Shown here one piece after another: positions 1 to 14,142 of a stretch of DNA of 64,000 bases. The notes beneath the pieces are model-generated. The model made no database searches and had not been told where the DNA came from. It saw only the letters and a program-made list of their open reading frames with translations. The position numbers and the translations under genes were made by a program. Origin of the DNA: Octopus vulgaris (Eukaryota); NCBI GenBank assembly GCA_951406725.2, contig OX597821.1, positions 68,014,001-68,078,000 on the forward strand, given 5' to 3'. The first letter of the stretch is position 1; the number at the start of each line of letters is the position of its first letter.

Positions 1-267
1 TACTTAAAGTACGTAATATTAACATATCTTTAGGATTTCTCTTTCTTATCTTCAAGAAAGTCTATATATTCAATAATTCTTTTCTATCTAGAATCTTGTT
101 TCAACTTGATTCTTGTGTTAATAACACCACACAAGTTAATTAAATTTTCATAAATTCACGTGGATCTCCTTTGATGTGTTTTCATATTCTGTAAGCCTTG
201 TTGTCGATATTTTGTTTTTATTTCCGTCACTATAAATAAAACACAATATATTTTAATTATTTTCCAT

Positions 268-453
268 CTTTTATCTTCTATCTTGTTTCACTCATTAGAG
301 TGTGGCACCCCATTTAAGAATTTTAGTCGAACGAATCGACCCCGTTGTATATTATTTTTTAAATTTGGTAATTATTCCATCGGTTACTTATGAATAACCG
401 CTAGGTTACGAGGACGTAACATGAACACCGGTTTTCAAGCGGTGACGCGCGCT

Positions 454-507
<54 letters not shown>

Positions 508-550
508 CAGATACTCATACAGATGCTTCGTCATTTTTGTAGCTTATCAA
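268..550 (-). mobile_element. SINE family A, diverged 3' half
   Basis: Reverse complement matches the family A tail (ttagtcga..aatcgacccc, gctaggttacgaggacgtaa, ttgtttcactcatt). Confidence 0.7.
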
Positions 551-611
551 CCTCACGTGCACGAAGAAGATTTGAAATTAATCATTTCACCAGTCCACGA
601 CTTATATGTAT

Positions 612-790
612 ATATATTTCTTTACTGCCCACAAGGGGCTAAACACAGAGGGGACAAACAAGGACAGACAAACGGATTAAGTCGATTATATCGACCCCAG
701 TGCGTAACTGGTACTTAATTTATCGACCCCGAAAGGATGAAAGGCAAAGTCGACCTCGGCGGAATTTGAACTCAAAACGTAACGGCCATA
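612..790 (-). mobile_element. SINE family B unit (Nin/Deu-like domain)
   Basis: Contains ctggtacttaatttatcgaccccgaaaggatgaaaggcaaagtcgacctcggcggaatttgaactca, repeated many times in the window. Confidence 0.9.
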
Positions 791-1451
791 TAAACTATGT
801 GCGGGTGTGACAGAAGAATGAATATGTAAGAATAAATTCAATTTTGAAATAGAAGCAGCGTTAGTATAATAAACATTATCAACTACATATACTTAAGGTA
901 TACGCGTCTTGTATTTGCTGGTTGGCTGCTCTCTTTCGTGGTGGAGAATACGCTCTCAAAGCCCCGGGTGTTAAAACACCTGAAAGTCATGGATAGGAGA
1001 AATAAAAGAATATATATATATATATATATATATATTCTTTTATTCTTTTACTTGTGTCAATGATTTGACTGCGGCCATGCTACTATACGGATCCATATCA
1101 AGTCAAGATCATCTTTGATTTGCAGTCTTCCGCTATGAATGAAATATGATATAGCTCAAACTCCTGAGTTCATTTCATTCATTATTTACAACCTCCTCCG
1201 CCTCCCCTTCTTCTTCCTCCTCCTCCTCCTCCTCCTCCTTCTTCTTCTTCTTCTTCTTCTTCTTCTTCTTCTTCTTCTTCTTCTCTTTTCCTCAATTTCT
1301 GGCCTTGTATCCGTCTCAGAATTAATACTAACTTTTTAACAGAAATGTATTTGTGAAACCGCTCAGATATGAAAATACTGTTTAAAACAGACACACCGTC
1401 ATAAAAACACGCGCACAACACTCCACACAAAATCATACACACACACTTGCA

Positions 1452-1491
<40 letters not shown>

Positions 1492-1711
1492 GACGCACAC
1501 ACACACAGACGCACACACACAAATACATAAGCTTAATATACACACCTACACTCACGCATACGCATATATATATATATATATACAACTTTCTATGAATGTA
1601 ATCATGTAGAATGTCAGTCCATATGCAGAATACGTAATTTATTATTTATAGATTATTCATTTATTATGAACATCATTGTCTTTACTAAGCGCACCTTTAA
1701 TCACTACACTA

Positions 1712-1772
<61 letters not shown>

Positions 1773-2759
1773 TTACTGCTGAACATTTTCGAACGCCCGA
1801 AGTAAACAGCGGATGTTCTCATGCGCATCTCTTCTCATGGCGTATTCTGAAACCTTGAAAAGTCCTTTGCAATGGCTCTGATTTATATCTGTTTAACACT
1901 TTTGTTTACATCCGTTTGTTGCCGTTATTTTCCTTTAAACATTTTCCCAGTTTATGAATAGAAACACTAGGGACATGGTATTGGGTTCTTGCGCTTGTTT
2001 AGCCCCAAATAAATCCGGTGGGCGTTTCAATCGAATATGAATAAACAAGATGGTGGAAGGCATCTTGGAAGAGTTAAGGGGGAAAAAAATACCCCTCCTG
2101 AAAAAAGTTTTTTGAATGCTGAAGATTTCCCATCCTGTTCCCTCCGTTACTGACATTACAGGAGAGGGGGAAAGGGAAGGGCGGTAAATTTCAAAAGCAG
2201 CGACGGTGGTAACAGCAGCAGCGGTGGCATCGGTGACAGCAGCGGCGGCAGTAGTAGTAATAATGTTAGCCACAGCAACACAATTCCTAACACAATGGAT
2301 TTTAGCGGAGAAAATAATAATACTATAATTCAAGGCAGTGATGACGGTGAGGAGAGTGGCAACGGTAGAAGTGGCAACAACTCCACCAACAGCAACAGTA
2401 ACAGCAGCAGTAACAACAACAGCAACAGCAGCAGCAGTAACAACAACAGCAACGTCGACAACATCAACAACAAAAACAAGAGGTTTAGTTTATGTAGCAA
2501 ACGCAAAGAAAGAAATGTTTACAATCCTTTTCGAGGACAAAATTAAAATACATCATCAAAGTTGACGGGGATAAGATATCAGTGCTTGTACCTTACGAAA
2601 TAATAGAGTCAAAAGAGAGAAAAAGACAGTATATTTTTAATGCGTATCATGGAAAAGTAGAAGATCCGAAATAGCTTCCATCAGTCACATTGAGAAGGCC
2701 CTATCACACACACACACTCAATACATTTGTATGCGAATATCTTCGTAATATTGATTTTT

Positions 2760-3210
2760 TTTTCAAATTTAGGCACAAGGCCAGCAATTTTGAAGATTAC
2801 ATCGACCCTCAGTGCTGAGCTGGTACTTATTTTATCGATTCCGAAAGGATGAATATCAAAGTCGATCTCGGCAGAGTTTGTACACGTAAGGTGCAGACGG
2901 ACAAAATGCCGCTAACCACTTTGTCCGGCATGTTAACGATTCTACCAGCTCACCACCTTAAATATCCTCATAATTTGGAGAAAGTACAAGACGAGGAGGT
3001 GGCAGAATCGTTACCTCGTCGGGCAAAATACATAGCGGCATCATTTACGTTCTGGGTTCAGATTTCACCGAGGTCGACTTTTCTTTTCATCCTTTCTGGG
3101 TCGATAAAAAAACGTACCAGTTGAATCCTGGTGTCAATCTCATCGAATTACTGCCCCCCACCCCGCAAAAAAAAAAATTGCTTTCCTTGTGCTAAAACTT
3201 GAAACTAATT
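2760..3210. mobile_element. Two divergently oriented, older SINE family B copies
   Basis: About 2760-2960 on minus and 2992-3210 on plus, both matching the family B head and core with many substitutions. Confidence 0.8.
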
Positions 3211-3624
3211 TTGAGAAAGTACATAATTTTTTTTTCTAAACCTTATCGCACTTATCGCTTACTTTGAAATTAAGTACGCTTTCGCTTGCTCTTTAGTGTG
3301 CCTTTTATATCTATATAATTATCTCTTCCCAGCCTTTTCTCTAAGATCAAAGTGTAGCGCATGTATCTATGTAATTATGTTTAAAGTAAAATAATATCAC
3401 TTGTCTTGTAAACCGCCTCTCTATCGTCATCACTTTGAGAAAAAGCCAAACGGAAGTCCGAGAAACAAATTTTATTTCAAATCAAAAGTATATACGCACA
3501 CATGCACACACCACGTATACATACATATACATCGACACATCTGAGTATATATGCACATGTCGATAGATAGATGTATGTACACACACATACATACACACAC
3601 ACACACACACACATATATATATGT

Positions 3625-3820
3625 AGTTGAAATTCATGTAAAAACAAAAGACAATGACAAATGTACGAACATCAAGTATGTGTATTAGTTTGACGGTCTG
3701 AAAAAATGAAAAAGTATTTTACGTTTCGAGCCTACGCTCTTCAACAGGAAAGAGTAAGAGAAAATAAACAGAGAGAGAATGAAAAACAACTTGCATTTTT
3801 CAGCGGTCCAGCATAATGAA
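3625..3820 (-). mobile_element. Short Penelope-LTR-like element with hammerhead-like motif
   Basis: Homologous to 22214-22400 and 37200-37412; minus strand reads ctgttga-agagc-gtag-gctc-gaaacgta; flanked by TA/CATA repeats. Confidence 0.6.
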
Positions 3821-3852
3821 TCATATACATACATACATACATACATACATAC

Positions 3853-3883
<31 letters not shown>

Positions 3884-3963
3884 CATACATACATACATAC
3901 ATACATACATACATACATACATACATACATGCATGCATACATACATATACATACATACATATA

Positions 3964-3997
<34 letters not shown>

Positions 3998-4117
3998 TAT
4001 GTACGTATGTATGTACGAGTTATGCGTCTTTTTCTAAATTCATACAAATAACCTCATAATTCTGACATCCTATATTATATCATATATATACATATGCAGA
4101 TATATATGAGTATATAT

Positions 4118-4170
<53 letters not shown>

Positions 4171-4171
<1 letters not shown>

Positions 4172-4832
4172 CTTAGATTGCTTTCGGCCATTATCGGCCC
4201 AGGCCATGACTAACTCAGTAGCATCACTTGGAAAAGTCTTGTAGTTAATTATTTCGGGTAGAGAGGTGTTGCTGATTGAGCTGTATCCAGGTGTAGGTGG
4301 CTTATCCGGTATTTGCTGGAGGAATTTGTCCAGGTACCGTTTGAAAGTTGTGGTGTCTTTTACTACTTTAATTTCTTTTGGAATAACATTGAAAAGTGCA
4401 GGAGCATTTGCAGTGAAGAAATTGTGTCACAATGTTCTTATGTCATGTGATTTTGACCTTTGTAGGGGACGCATTTGGATGATATTGGTGGAATAATTTC
4501 CACATAGTGCAAATCATGTATCACTCACGGCGGCGTTGCAGAGAATAGAGCTTCAGCTGTTTAAGTCGAGTCCAATAATCACGTCCCATAATGCCATTTA
4601 TTTATTTTGTGTGTGTGTGTGTGTGTGATTGATCTTTGTGGCGCTTCGATCCTCATTACGTCTTGTTTTTTGTAGGGGGACCACAATGGGCTGCAGTATT
4701 CGAGGTGGGGCCTATGGAATGTGGAGAAGAGAAGGATGACGGTTTCATGATCGCTTGATTGGAAAGTTCTGAGGATCCATGAGCACATTCTGCGGGCATC
4801 ATAGACTTATTTGTTGATGTGCACACTCCAAC
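4171..4832 (-). mobile_element. CR1/L2-group LINE 3' fragment (RT C-terminus and 3' UTR), decayed
   Basis: Minus ORF reads ILLFSTFHRPHLEYCSPLWSPYKKQDVMRIEAPQRSIT, the conserved RPHLEY..WSPY..IE..QR motif, followed downstream by an LQRRRE-like segment; interrupted by (CA)n. Confidence 0.85.
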
Positions 4833-6608
4833 CACACATATATATATATTAAGGTATTAAGGTTTGTTTTCATATCGAGTTATAACGGTAACAATTTAAC
4901 ATTAAACTGAAGAATCACTTATACTCTGTTTTTCAGAAAATATATTTTATTAAACTTTTACGAGAGTTTGCAGTCAGACTGTTTGACGATTCTTAATGCC
5001 TGTGCATGTGTGAATGTCTGCGTGTGCGTGAATAAATGACTATGTATGTATGTATGTATGTATGTATGTATGTATGTATGTATGTATGTATATGCATGTT
5101 TGTATTTATGTATGAATTTAAGTATGCATGTAGGTATGTATCCTGTGTGTATGCACAGTTTGCAATAAAAATGGTTTTCCTGACAGGAAAGGGAGAGAAC
5201 CAAGAAAAAAAAATTCCTAAAAAATAAGCACTTTTTTTTCTCTCTCTCTCTCTCTCTCTCTTGTGAGTCAAAACATGTTTATACAATTAAATCCAATATA
5301 TTTGTATATATATTTTTCATATTACATAATTCTTCTATGTCTATATCCATATAAATAAAAGAAAATATTTTAACTGACGCCATGCTGGGAAGATAATCGG
5401 AATGCACAGCTCTTGGCACGATGAGTAAGATATACAGAGATGAATCACCATGAAGAGTATTTCCAATGCAACCGTACAAGTGGATAAAAAATGATGAAAC
5501 GAAGTTGTAGAAGCGAAAACCATGTTTCTTTTTTTTATCTTTTTGAAATTATTTCCGAATCGTTAAGAATTTTTAATATTTTACCGAACATAAATAATTT
5601 AGAACAGTTACTTTTTTTATATCATGATAATAACTGATATTTTTCATCAGTAATATTAAATTTTTATTCAAGATATTATATTCTTTCCTTTGATCCTCAA
5701 AACAATTTTTTAAAACTAAAATGCTTCATTAAGTTAACATTCCTTTTAATTTTTCTTTTCGCTAAACTGTGACTAAAATTTGAATTTTCTTACACTTTTC
5801 AATTTTGTTCTTATATCAGCGGTGTATCAAGCTAAAGGCTGTAATATCAAGCTAAAGGCTGTAATAAACGTTGTACATTTTGTTTAGCCCCAGGCCAACT
5901 ATTGCCAATGAGACCTTTGATTCAAGATTTCCTATACCTGATCTCACTGCTTTTGTTTTGTAGGCAATGCATCTAGAATTTAGTATTCACTTGCTTTTTA
6001 TTATGGTAAAAATATAATATGAAGGAAATTTAACTGCTATTTCAAATAGCTCAAACAACCACTAAGAAGCTTTATTTTTTTATTGCGATTTGTTGATTCA
6101 AGAATCAAGTAGTATTTTCATTTTGACAAAAATCAATGGACAATTCTCTGATATTTTTTTTTAAAAGATATTCTTATTGTTGCAAAAAATTGAAAGAAAT
6201 TGGAAAGGAATTAAGCAGATATTTCTTGATGAATTTATTCATATTTTCTTCGATGTCTCAATCAAAAACAAGGAGAATAGATTGCTAGATTATTGCTCCC
6301 CAAAGTTACTCTTAACATATTATAAGTTAGATCTGTGAGAAACTTTCAGATATTGTATCGAATTTAATATGAACCAAAATATTTTATATGTCAACATCGA
6401 TATATTTTCCTCAGGTTTTTGTGTTTGAGGTACATTAGTAGCATTTTACTGATCACTCCGCCATTATAACGACAACAACGAAAGCGATAACAATGACAGT
6501 GCAGACAACAATGACAGACCAGACGACAATGATAAGACAGATGATAAAGTCATTCAAAAATACATATTTATGTGTGTACATATGTAGGTATATATGTCGG
6601 TGTGTATG

Positions 6609-6806
<198 letters not shown>

Positions 6807-7094
6807 AATATATAAATGCAAGAAAATGGATGCAAGAAAATCAATCGCATATGACGAGTAAATATACCGCTAGTTCATTAAGGCAGACGACTTCAATCAA
6901 TCTTCCGTTTAACACACACTACGACACCAGACAAAGGACAAAAGACCTATATCCGCAGCATTTTGTTATTGAGTTAGGGTTACTTTTTTCATCGACTTGG
7001 TCTACGCCCATTCCTATTCAAATTATACCCGTGGGAGGAGTTGAACCAGTACGCCAAACAAACTCCTTGTCTATTGTTATTAAACACTCTAAAT

Positions 7095-7737
7095 GGTTAA
7101 GGCTGCGAGCTAGCAGAAACATTAGCACGCCGTGCGAATTTCTTAGCGTTATTTCGTCTGCCGCTACGTTCTGAGTTTAAATTCCGCCGAGGTCGACTTT
7201 GCCTTTCATCCTATAGGGGTCGATTAAATAAGTACCAGTTACACACGGGGGCCGATATAATCAACTTAATCCGTTTGTCTGTCCTTGTTTGTCCTCTCTG
7301 TGTTTAGCCCCTTGTGGGTAGTAAAGAAATGGGTATTTCGCTGTCTTTACGTTCTGAGTTCAAATTCCGCCTTTCATCCTATCGGGGTCGGTAAACTAAG
7401 TACCAGTCACGTACAGGTGACGATCTAATCGACTGACCCCACCCCGCAAAATTTCGGGCCTTGTGCCTCCAGGTGACGAGAATACTTTTAAGGCGGCGAG
7501 CTGGCAGAAACGTTAGCACTCAGGGCGAAATGCTTAGCGGTATTACGTCTGCAGCTACGTTCTGAGTTCAAATTCCGCCGAGGTCGACCTTGCCTTTCAT
7601 CCTTTCGGGGGTCGATAAATTAAGTACCAGTTACGCACTGGGGTTGATGTAATCGACTTAATCACTTTGTCTGTCCTTGTTTGTTCCCATTATGTTTAGC
7701 CCCTAGTGGGCAATAAAAAATAAGAAATGTTAGCACA
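7095..7737 (+). mobile_element. SINE family B tandem array (about 3 units)
   Basis: Repeated aaggcggcgagctggcagaaacgttagcac head and ttctgagttcaaattccgccgaggtcgac core. Confidence 0.9.
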
Positions 7738-8160
7738 TAGGCGCAGGAGTGGATGTGTGGTAAGTAGCTTGCTAACCAACCTCATGGTTCTGGGTTCAGT
7801 CCCACTGCGTGGCACCTTGGGCAAGTGTCTTCTACTAGAGCCTCAGGCCGACCAAAGCCTTGTGAGTGGATTTGGTAGACGGAAACTGAAAGAAGCCCGT
7901 CGTATATATGTATATATATATATATATGCGTGTGTGTCTTTGTGTGTCTGTGTTTGTCCCCCTAGCATTGCTTGACAGCCGATGCTGGTGTGTTTATGTC
8001 CCCGTTACTTAGCGGTTCGGCAAAAAGAGACCGATAGAATAAGTACTGGGCTTACAAAAAGAATAAGTCCCGGGGTCGAGTTGCTCGATTAAAGGCGGTG
8101 CTCCAGCATGGCCGCAGTCCAATGACTGAAACAAGTAAAAGAGTAAAAGAGTAAAGAGTA
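7738..8160 (+). mobile_element. SINE family A, full length, nested in a family B unit
   Basis: tRNA-like head (agtggatgtgtggtaag..gggttcagtccc), CORE-like ccttgggcaagtgtctt, internal (TA)n and (gagtaaaa)n tail; family B sequence resumes at 8161-8330. Confidence 0.92.
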
Positions 8161-8676
8161 CACCGAGCGAAATCCCAAACGTTATTTCGTCTATCTTACG
8201 TTCTAATTTAAAATTCCGCCGGAGTCCACTTTGCCTTTCACCTTTTCGTGGTCGATAAATTAAGTACCAGTTGAGTACTGGGGGTAGATCTAATCGACTG
8301 GCCCCCCCATCCCTCAAAATTTCGGGTCTGCTACTGGCACGGAGGCAGATAGACTTGTAATGATGCATATAGTACTATATAGAAATATATTGATGTCTGT
8401 GCAAGTGGTGACTTGTTAAGCACGCTGATGAATGTCAAAGTTTATGATCGGTAAATACTGATACCTGATACCTGCGCAGACGAGTATTCACTGAGTTGCC
8501 AATGATCACGAGATAGGCAACATCTTGCATGACTAAAGATGTTAGTGGTGGTTCGTTTAATTTGGTCATTATAGATATGGTAAAGTATTACTAGTAATGG
8601 ATAGATTTATTAAAATATTACTAGTATTGACTTTTGTTAATCTACACATGAAAACATACAACTGCACACACACATA

Positions 8677-8738
<62 letters not shown>

Positions 8739-8755
8739 GGCTGACAGACAGATAC

Positions 8756-8836
<81 letters not shown>

Positions 8837-8986
8837 CAGACAGACATACATGCAAACTACATATAGGTAGATATATATGTGTATATATATGTATGTGCGT
8901 ATGTATATGTGCAGATATACACGCGCACACTCACACACATGTAGAGACATACACTACATATATATGCATATATATTCGTGTGTATA

Positions 8987-9018
<32 letters not shown>

Positions 9019-9304
9019 AATGTAGATAGATATGAATATACATAGATATACACACACACATATACATATAGCGTGTATATCTATATATATATACACATAC
9101 ACACACACACACACATATATACATAGAGATGTTTATAAAATCGTGCGTATGTGCATGTACAACTATTATCGAAAGATCAATGATATAAATTGTAAATATA
9201 ATTAAGGGTTCTAAATGGTGTAAGCGGTAACTTCAGTCAGTCTTCCATTTCACTGAGCAACACAAGTGGGACTAAACCATAAAGATGCTGTTTAACACTG
9301 TGGC

Positions 9305-9347
<43 letters not shown>

Positions 9348-9644
9348 CGGACATTTCCCGAGAACACGACAGGTGAACTGGCCGTCTACTTCTCGAGTTT
9401 TTCAGTTAATAAACATTGAGTACAAAGTGAAGCGTTCAGTATTTTATGTTTTAAATTGTTGTCGTTGTTTTTGTTCAAACACGAGTCAGGCATGATCGAA
9501 CAAACTTAGGATCAAAGATTTCCCGACTGTGTTCCTTTTAAGCTTCAGTGTACCAATGCACCTTGCCCCCCACCTCCGACTTTTTTTTAAGGGATTGATG
9601 AAAGATTTGGCGATCTTATTGAAAATTGAAAATATCTTGTAACC

Positions 9645-9891
9645 TATTTTTACTTGTTTCAGTCATTTGACTGCGGCCATGCTGGAGCACCAGCTTGAGG
9701 GGCGGGGTTAGTTGAACAAACTGACCCCAGGACTTATTTTAAAAAAAACTAGTATTTATTGTATCGTTTTCTTAAGTCTAATCGCTAAGTAACGGGGACG
9801 CAAACACACCAACACCGATTGTCAAGCGGTGAGGGGGGGCAAACACGGACACAAAGATACACATAGATGTATATAGACACACACACACACA

Positions 9892-9922
<31 letters not shown>

Positions 9923-10077
9923 CATACACACACACATGCACACACACACACTCACACGACGGATTTCTTTCAGTTTCCGACTACCAAATCCACTCTCAAG
10001 TCTTTGGGCGACCCAAGATTCCACGCATTGGGATTAAACCCTGAACCATGTGGTTGAGAAGCAAGTTTCTTACCACA
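9645..10077 (-). mobile_element. SINE family A, diverged
   Basis: Reverse complement of the family A consensus with an internal deletion. Confidence 0.85.
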
Positions 10078-10183
10078 CATATAAGTTAATTATAATATAA
10101 TAATATGGTACTCTAATCTGTATTCTTTGGATATTCAGATATAGAGTACATCTGCATGACTGCTTATATCTATAAACTACCAT

Positions 10184-10600
10184 TAGGTGTAGGAATGGCT
10201 GTATGGTAAGTAGCATGCTTACCAACCACATGGTTCCAGGTTCAGTCCCACTGCGTGGCACCTTGGGCATGTGTCTTCTACTCTAGTCTTGGGCCAACCA
10301 AAGCTTTGCGAGTGGTTTTGGTAGACGGAAACTGAAAGAAGCCCGTCGTATATATGTATATATATGTATGTATGTGTATATGTTTGTGTGTCTGTGTTTA
10401 TCCCCCCAACATCGCTTGACAGCCGATGCTGGTATGTTTACGTCCCCGTAACTTAGCGGCTCGGCAAAAGAGACCGATAGAATAAGTACTAGGCTTACAA
10501 AGAATAAGTCCTGGGGTCGATTTGCTCGACTAAAGGCGGTGCTCCAGCATGGCCACAGTCAAATGAGTGAAACAAGTAAAATAGTAAAAGAATAGAAGAA
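10184..10600 (+). mobile_element. SINE family A, full length
   Basis: Closely matches 7738-8160 and 13744-14142. Confidence 0.92.
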
Positions 10601-11276
10601 TATCAACGTTGTTGTTGTTGTTGTTGTTGTTGTTGATGATGATGATGATGTTGTTGTTGTTGTTGTTGTTGTCTGTATGGTTGAGATTAACTGCGAGGAG
10701 GTTTTAATGCTGTACAGACAGAAGCGTGTCAAACAGATAACCGAAATCTTGAGCAGATACAATGTGTTTCTAGGGAAAGTGCGTTAGTCGCACGCTGTGA
10801 TGAAGACTTCTGCCAATAAACTTCTAAGCCAAAGAAATGTATGGTTTGTGTTGCTTGTAGGTACACAGATGTACGAGGATAATCTTGCAACGCACATGAT
10901 CAAATATTTTGTAGATATCAAAGCAAAAAAATTTCAACTTCCCTGGTGTTCTCAAAATCGATTAGCCACTTTATAGCATAAAAAAGCACTCCTCTAGCGG
11001 ATCTCTTTCTATGGAAATTGAATTTATGATCACTGAGGGGAAAAAATGGGACAAGACAATAAAAATGATGGTTGTTTACAATTATCTCTGCATTGGTTGT
11101 GTGTGTTGCAGCGGCAATGGAGAAGTCGCTTGCCTCAAAGATGAGATACTTTGTCATATACCTCTATACACTGTTAAATTTAAAGAGGTAGTTCTCTTAT
11201 TGTATTTTTTCTTATTTGTTGTTTCAATAACTGTGATGCGGCTGTGGCTGAACACTGCATTATAATAAACATACAT

Positions 11277-11865
11277 AGACGCAGGAGTGGCTGTGTGGTA
11301 AGTAGCTTGCTTACCAACCATATGGTTTTGGGTTCAGATTAAAGCCTTGTGAGTGGATTTGGTAGACGGAAACTGAAAGACCATCGTATATATAATCGCT
11401 ATACAAATCCATCATTTTTTGCTAAAATGTCTTATTGACGAGTTTGGTTTTTTTCACTTTCCTGAAGAGAAGAGTGCATTGTTTATACCATTTATTCTTT
11501 TGAATAGTATCATTGGAATTTTCGAAACATGTGTCGAAAGTAAAAATATTTGATTTATACCTGCGTTAAACTCCATTTATTTATTCATATATATATATAC
11601 ATATATATATATATTTATATATATATACATATATATAGATATGTGTGTATATGTTTGTGTGTCTGAGTTTGTCCCCCAACACCTCTTGACAACCGATGCT
11701 GATGTGTTTTTCGTCCTCATAACTTAGCGGTTCGGTAAAAGTGACCGATAGGATAAGTACTAGGCTTACAAAGAATAAGTCCTGTGGTCGATTTCTTCGA
11801 CTAAAGGCGGTGCTCCAGCATGGCCACAGTCAAATGACTGAAACAAGTAAATGAGTAAAAGAGTA
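11277..11865 (+). mobile_element. SINE family A interrupted by a hammerhead-bearing insert
   Basis: Head at 11277-11393, tail at 11640-11865; foreign segment of about 190 bp inside the TA tract. Confidence 0.88.
11456..11541 (+). ncRNA. Type I hammerhead ribozyme-like motif
   Basis: actttc-CTGAAGA-gaaga...ttttc-GAAA-c-atgt-GTC-gaaagt: 6-bp stem I, 5-bp stem II and an intact core. Confidence 0.65.
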
Positions 11866-12379
11866 TACCCTTTTAGGGTTTATTTCTACAGAGAAAAAAT
11901 ACCTGTGGTGAAGTCATTGCGTTTGCTTTTTCACAATTCCCCCCGCCCATGCTAATACTGTATAGTTAATTTTTTAAACATGTATATATTTACCTTCTAG
12001 ATTATCTATTAAATTCTATATAGCTCTAAGCATTAATTAATCTATGTTATCAAGTCGTGCACAGTAATGCAAATGAGATAAAGCAATTCAGCCGAGTTCT
12101 AGCTTGTATGGCTTGTACACACTTATAAAGCTATCAGCTACTCGGAACCTAGATATTCTTCCTCGGATGTAGTTCTAAGTAGAATAGGAACTAGTCAGGT
12201 TGATTTCTCTTTTCCGTTAGCGGAGAAACAAAATGTGATATAACCACTTTTAAGAGCGAGGCAAAATCATTGTATGTTTATTAAATCAAATAATTAAAAA
12301 TAGCATGTTTAATAAACCATCATTTGAAACTTTATGTTTTAAATTAATATCATATGCTCTGTAATGGACGATGGAGTAA

Positions 12380-13005
12380 TAATAATTATAATGAAATTAT
12401 TGTATACAATGCTCAGGTGCACCACAACTTGTCAAAAGTGCGTATAAAGCATATGCAGTAATGTACAAATGTCTGGAAAGTGAACAGTATATGAGTCAGA
12501 TACATGCTTGCGTGTGCATGGAGGGGAGAAAATCAGGTGTAGTGTCGCCGGAAGCATGGAAATTTTGAAGGATGCAGTGCTCCGACGACTAACAACTGAT
12601 GCCGGCAGTTTCTTCCATACTTCAGCAACTCTTAGCGTGAAAAAGAATGTTTCCGAAAGTCATGGGAGCTGTGCTGTTTTCTGACTTTGTAAACATGTCC
12701 ACGGGTGTTAGACAGGTGGAGTTTAAAAAGATGCTCAGAGATATTGTTTATAAGATGGTTAATAATTTGATGGGTGTCTGCTAAGTCAGCTGCCAGACGT
12801 CGGAGTTTCAATGTATCCATGCCCAGAGAAGTAAGACGTTCAGAATATGGCAAATGCCTGATGGAGGATATTCTCTTGGTTGCACGGTTTCCAGACGATT
12901 AATATCCTGGGCGAGATAGGGGTTCCAGACCGGTGATGCAAATTCCAGGTGAGGTCGCACCATAGCTATATAAAGCTCCAGATAGGTAGCCGGAGAGCGA
13001 CTCGC
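12380..13005 (-). mobile_element. CR1/L2-group LINE 3' fragment, decayed
   Basis: Minus strand encodes LYIAMVRPHLEFASPVWNPY and PYSERLTSLGMDTLKLRRLAADL...TRGHVYKV, typical of the CR1-group RT C-terminus. Confidence 0.88.
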
Positions 13006-13281
13006 TGTAATCTACTTGGTGGCTAGAGTACATGTTATCTATACGAATTCCACGGTGAGATTTGTATTAAAATCATGCCACTGTAGGAGTTTAAACGAAA
13101 TTAATATACATTTGAAGTTTCCACTCTCACGTATTGATAAAAAGAAAAAAACAATAATGTTAGTTATCAACCAATAGCATCTGTTTCAGTTCTTTTTGAT
13201 CCTACTTTATAATATTTTAATGTTCAAAAGCATTAAATATACTTCCAATCACCTGATTATTATACAGACAGGCAGACAGAC

Positions 13282-13371
<90 letters not shown>

Positions 13372-13545
13372 GCAGGTAAGTAGGTAGGTAGGTTTGTAGG
13401 TAGGCAGGCGGATAAAATGGAGAGATAGCTTAGAGAGAAAGAGAGACACAAACAGAAAGACATACAGACAGACAGTTACATATATACATACGTACGTACA
13501 TACATACATAAATACATAAATACATGCACAGACAGACAGACAGAC

Positions 13546-13612
<67 letters not shown>

Positions 13613-13743
13613 CAAAAAAAAGAGGAATGCAAGCGTCAATAATTTCTTTACTTGGAATAAGAATTACAGATTTCAAGGAATGGTTAATAGTCCATTGAAT
13701 CAATTTCAGTATATAACGGGTATAAATTTTATAATTCCCCGAA

Positions 13744-14142
13744 TAGGCGCAGGAGTGGCTGTGTGGTAAGTAGCTTGCTAACCAACCACATGGTTCCGGG
13801 TTCAGTCCCACTGTGTGGCATCTTGGGCAAGTGTCTTCTGCTATAGCCCCGGGCCGACCAATGCCTTGTGAGTGGATTTGGTAGACGGAAACTGAAAGAA
13901 GCCTGTCGTATATATGTATATATATATTTATGTGTGTGTGTGTGTTTGTCCCCCTAGCATTGCTTGACAACCAATGCTGGTGTGTTTACGTCCTCGTCAC
14001 TTAGCGGTTCGGCAAAAAGAGACCGATAGAATAAGTACTGGGCTTACAAAGAATAAGTCCCGGGGTCGATTTGCTCGACTAAAGGCGGTGCTCCAGCTTG
14101 GCCACAGTCAAATGACTGAAACAAGTAAAAGAGTAAAGAGTA
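13744..14142 (+). mobile_element. SINE family A, full length
   Basis: Near-consensus copy with head, CORE-like box and tail. Confidence 0.93.

Noticed and set aside
5825-5864. Exact 20-bp tandem duplication
   Set aside because: Ordinary slippage event with no further structure.
7727-7975. Recurring peptides such as VPLRGTLGKCLL and YDGLLSVSVYQIHSQG at many loci
   Set aside because: Translations of SINE family A, not a gene family.
10677-11190. Short ORFs in unique sequence (MVEINCEEVLMLYRQKRV...)
   Set aside because: Stops quickly with no identifiable motif; may be a decayed transposon but cannot be supported.
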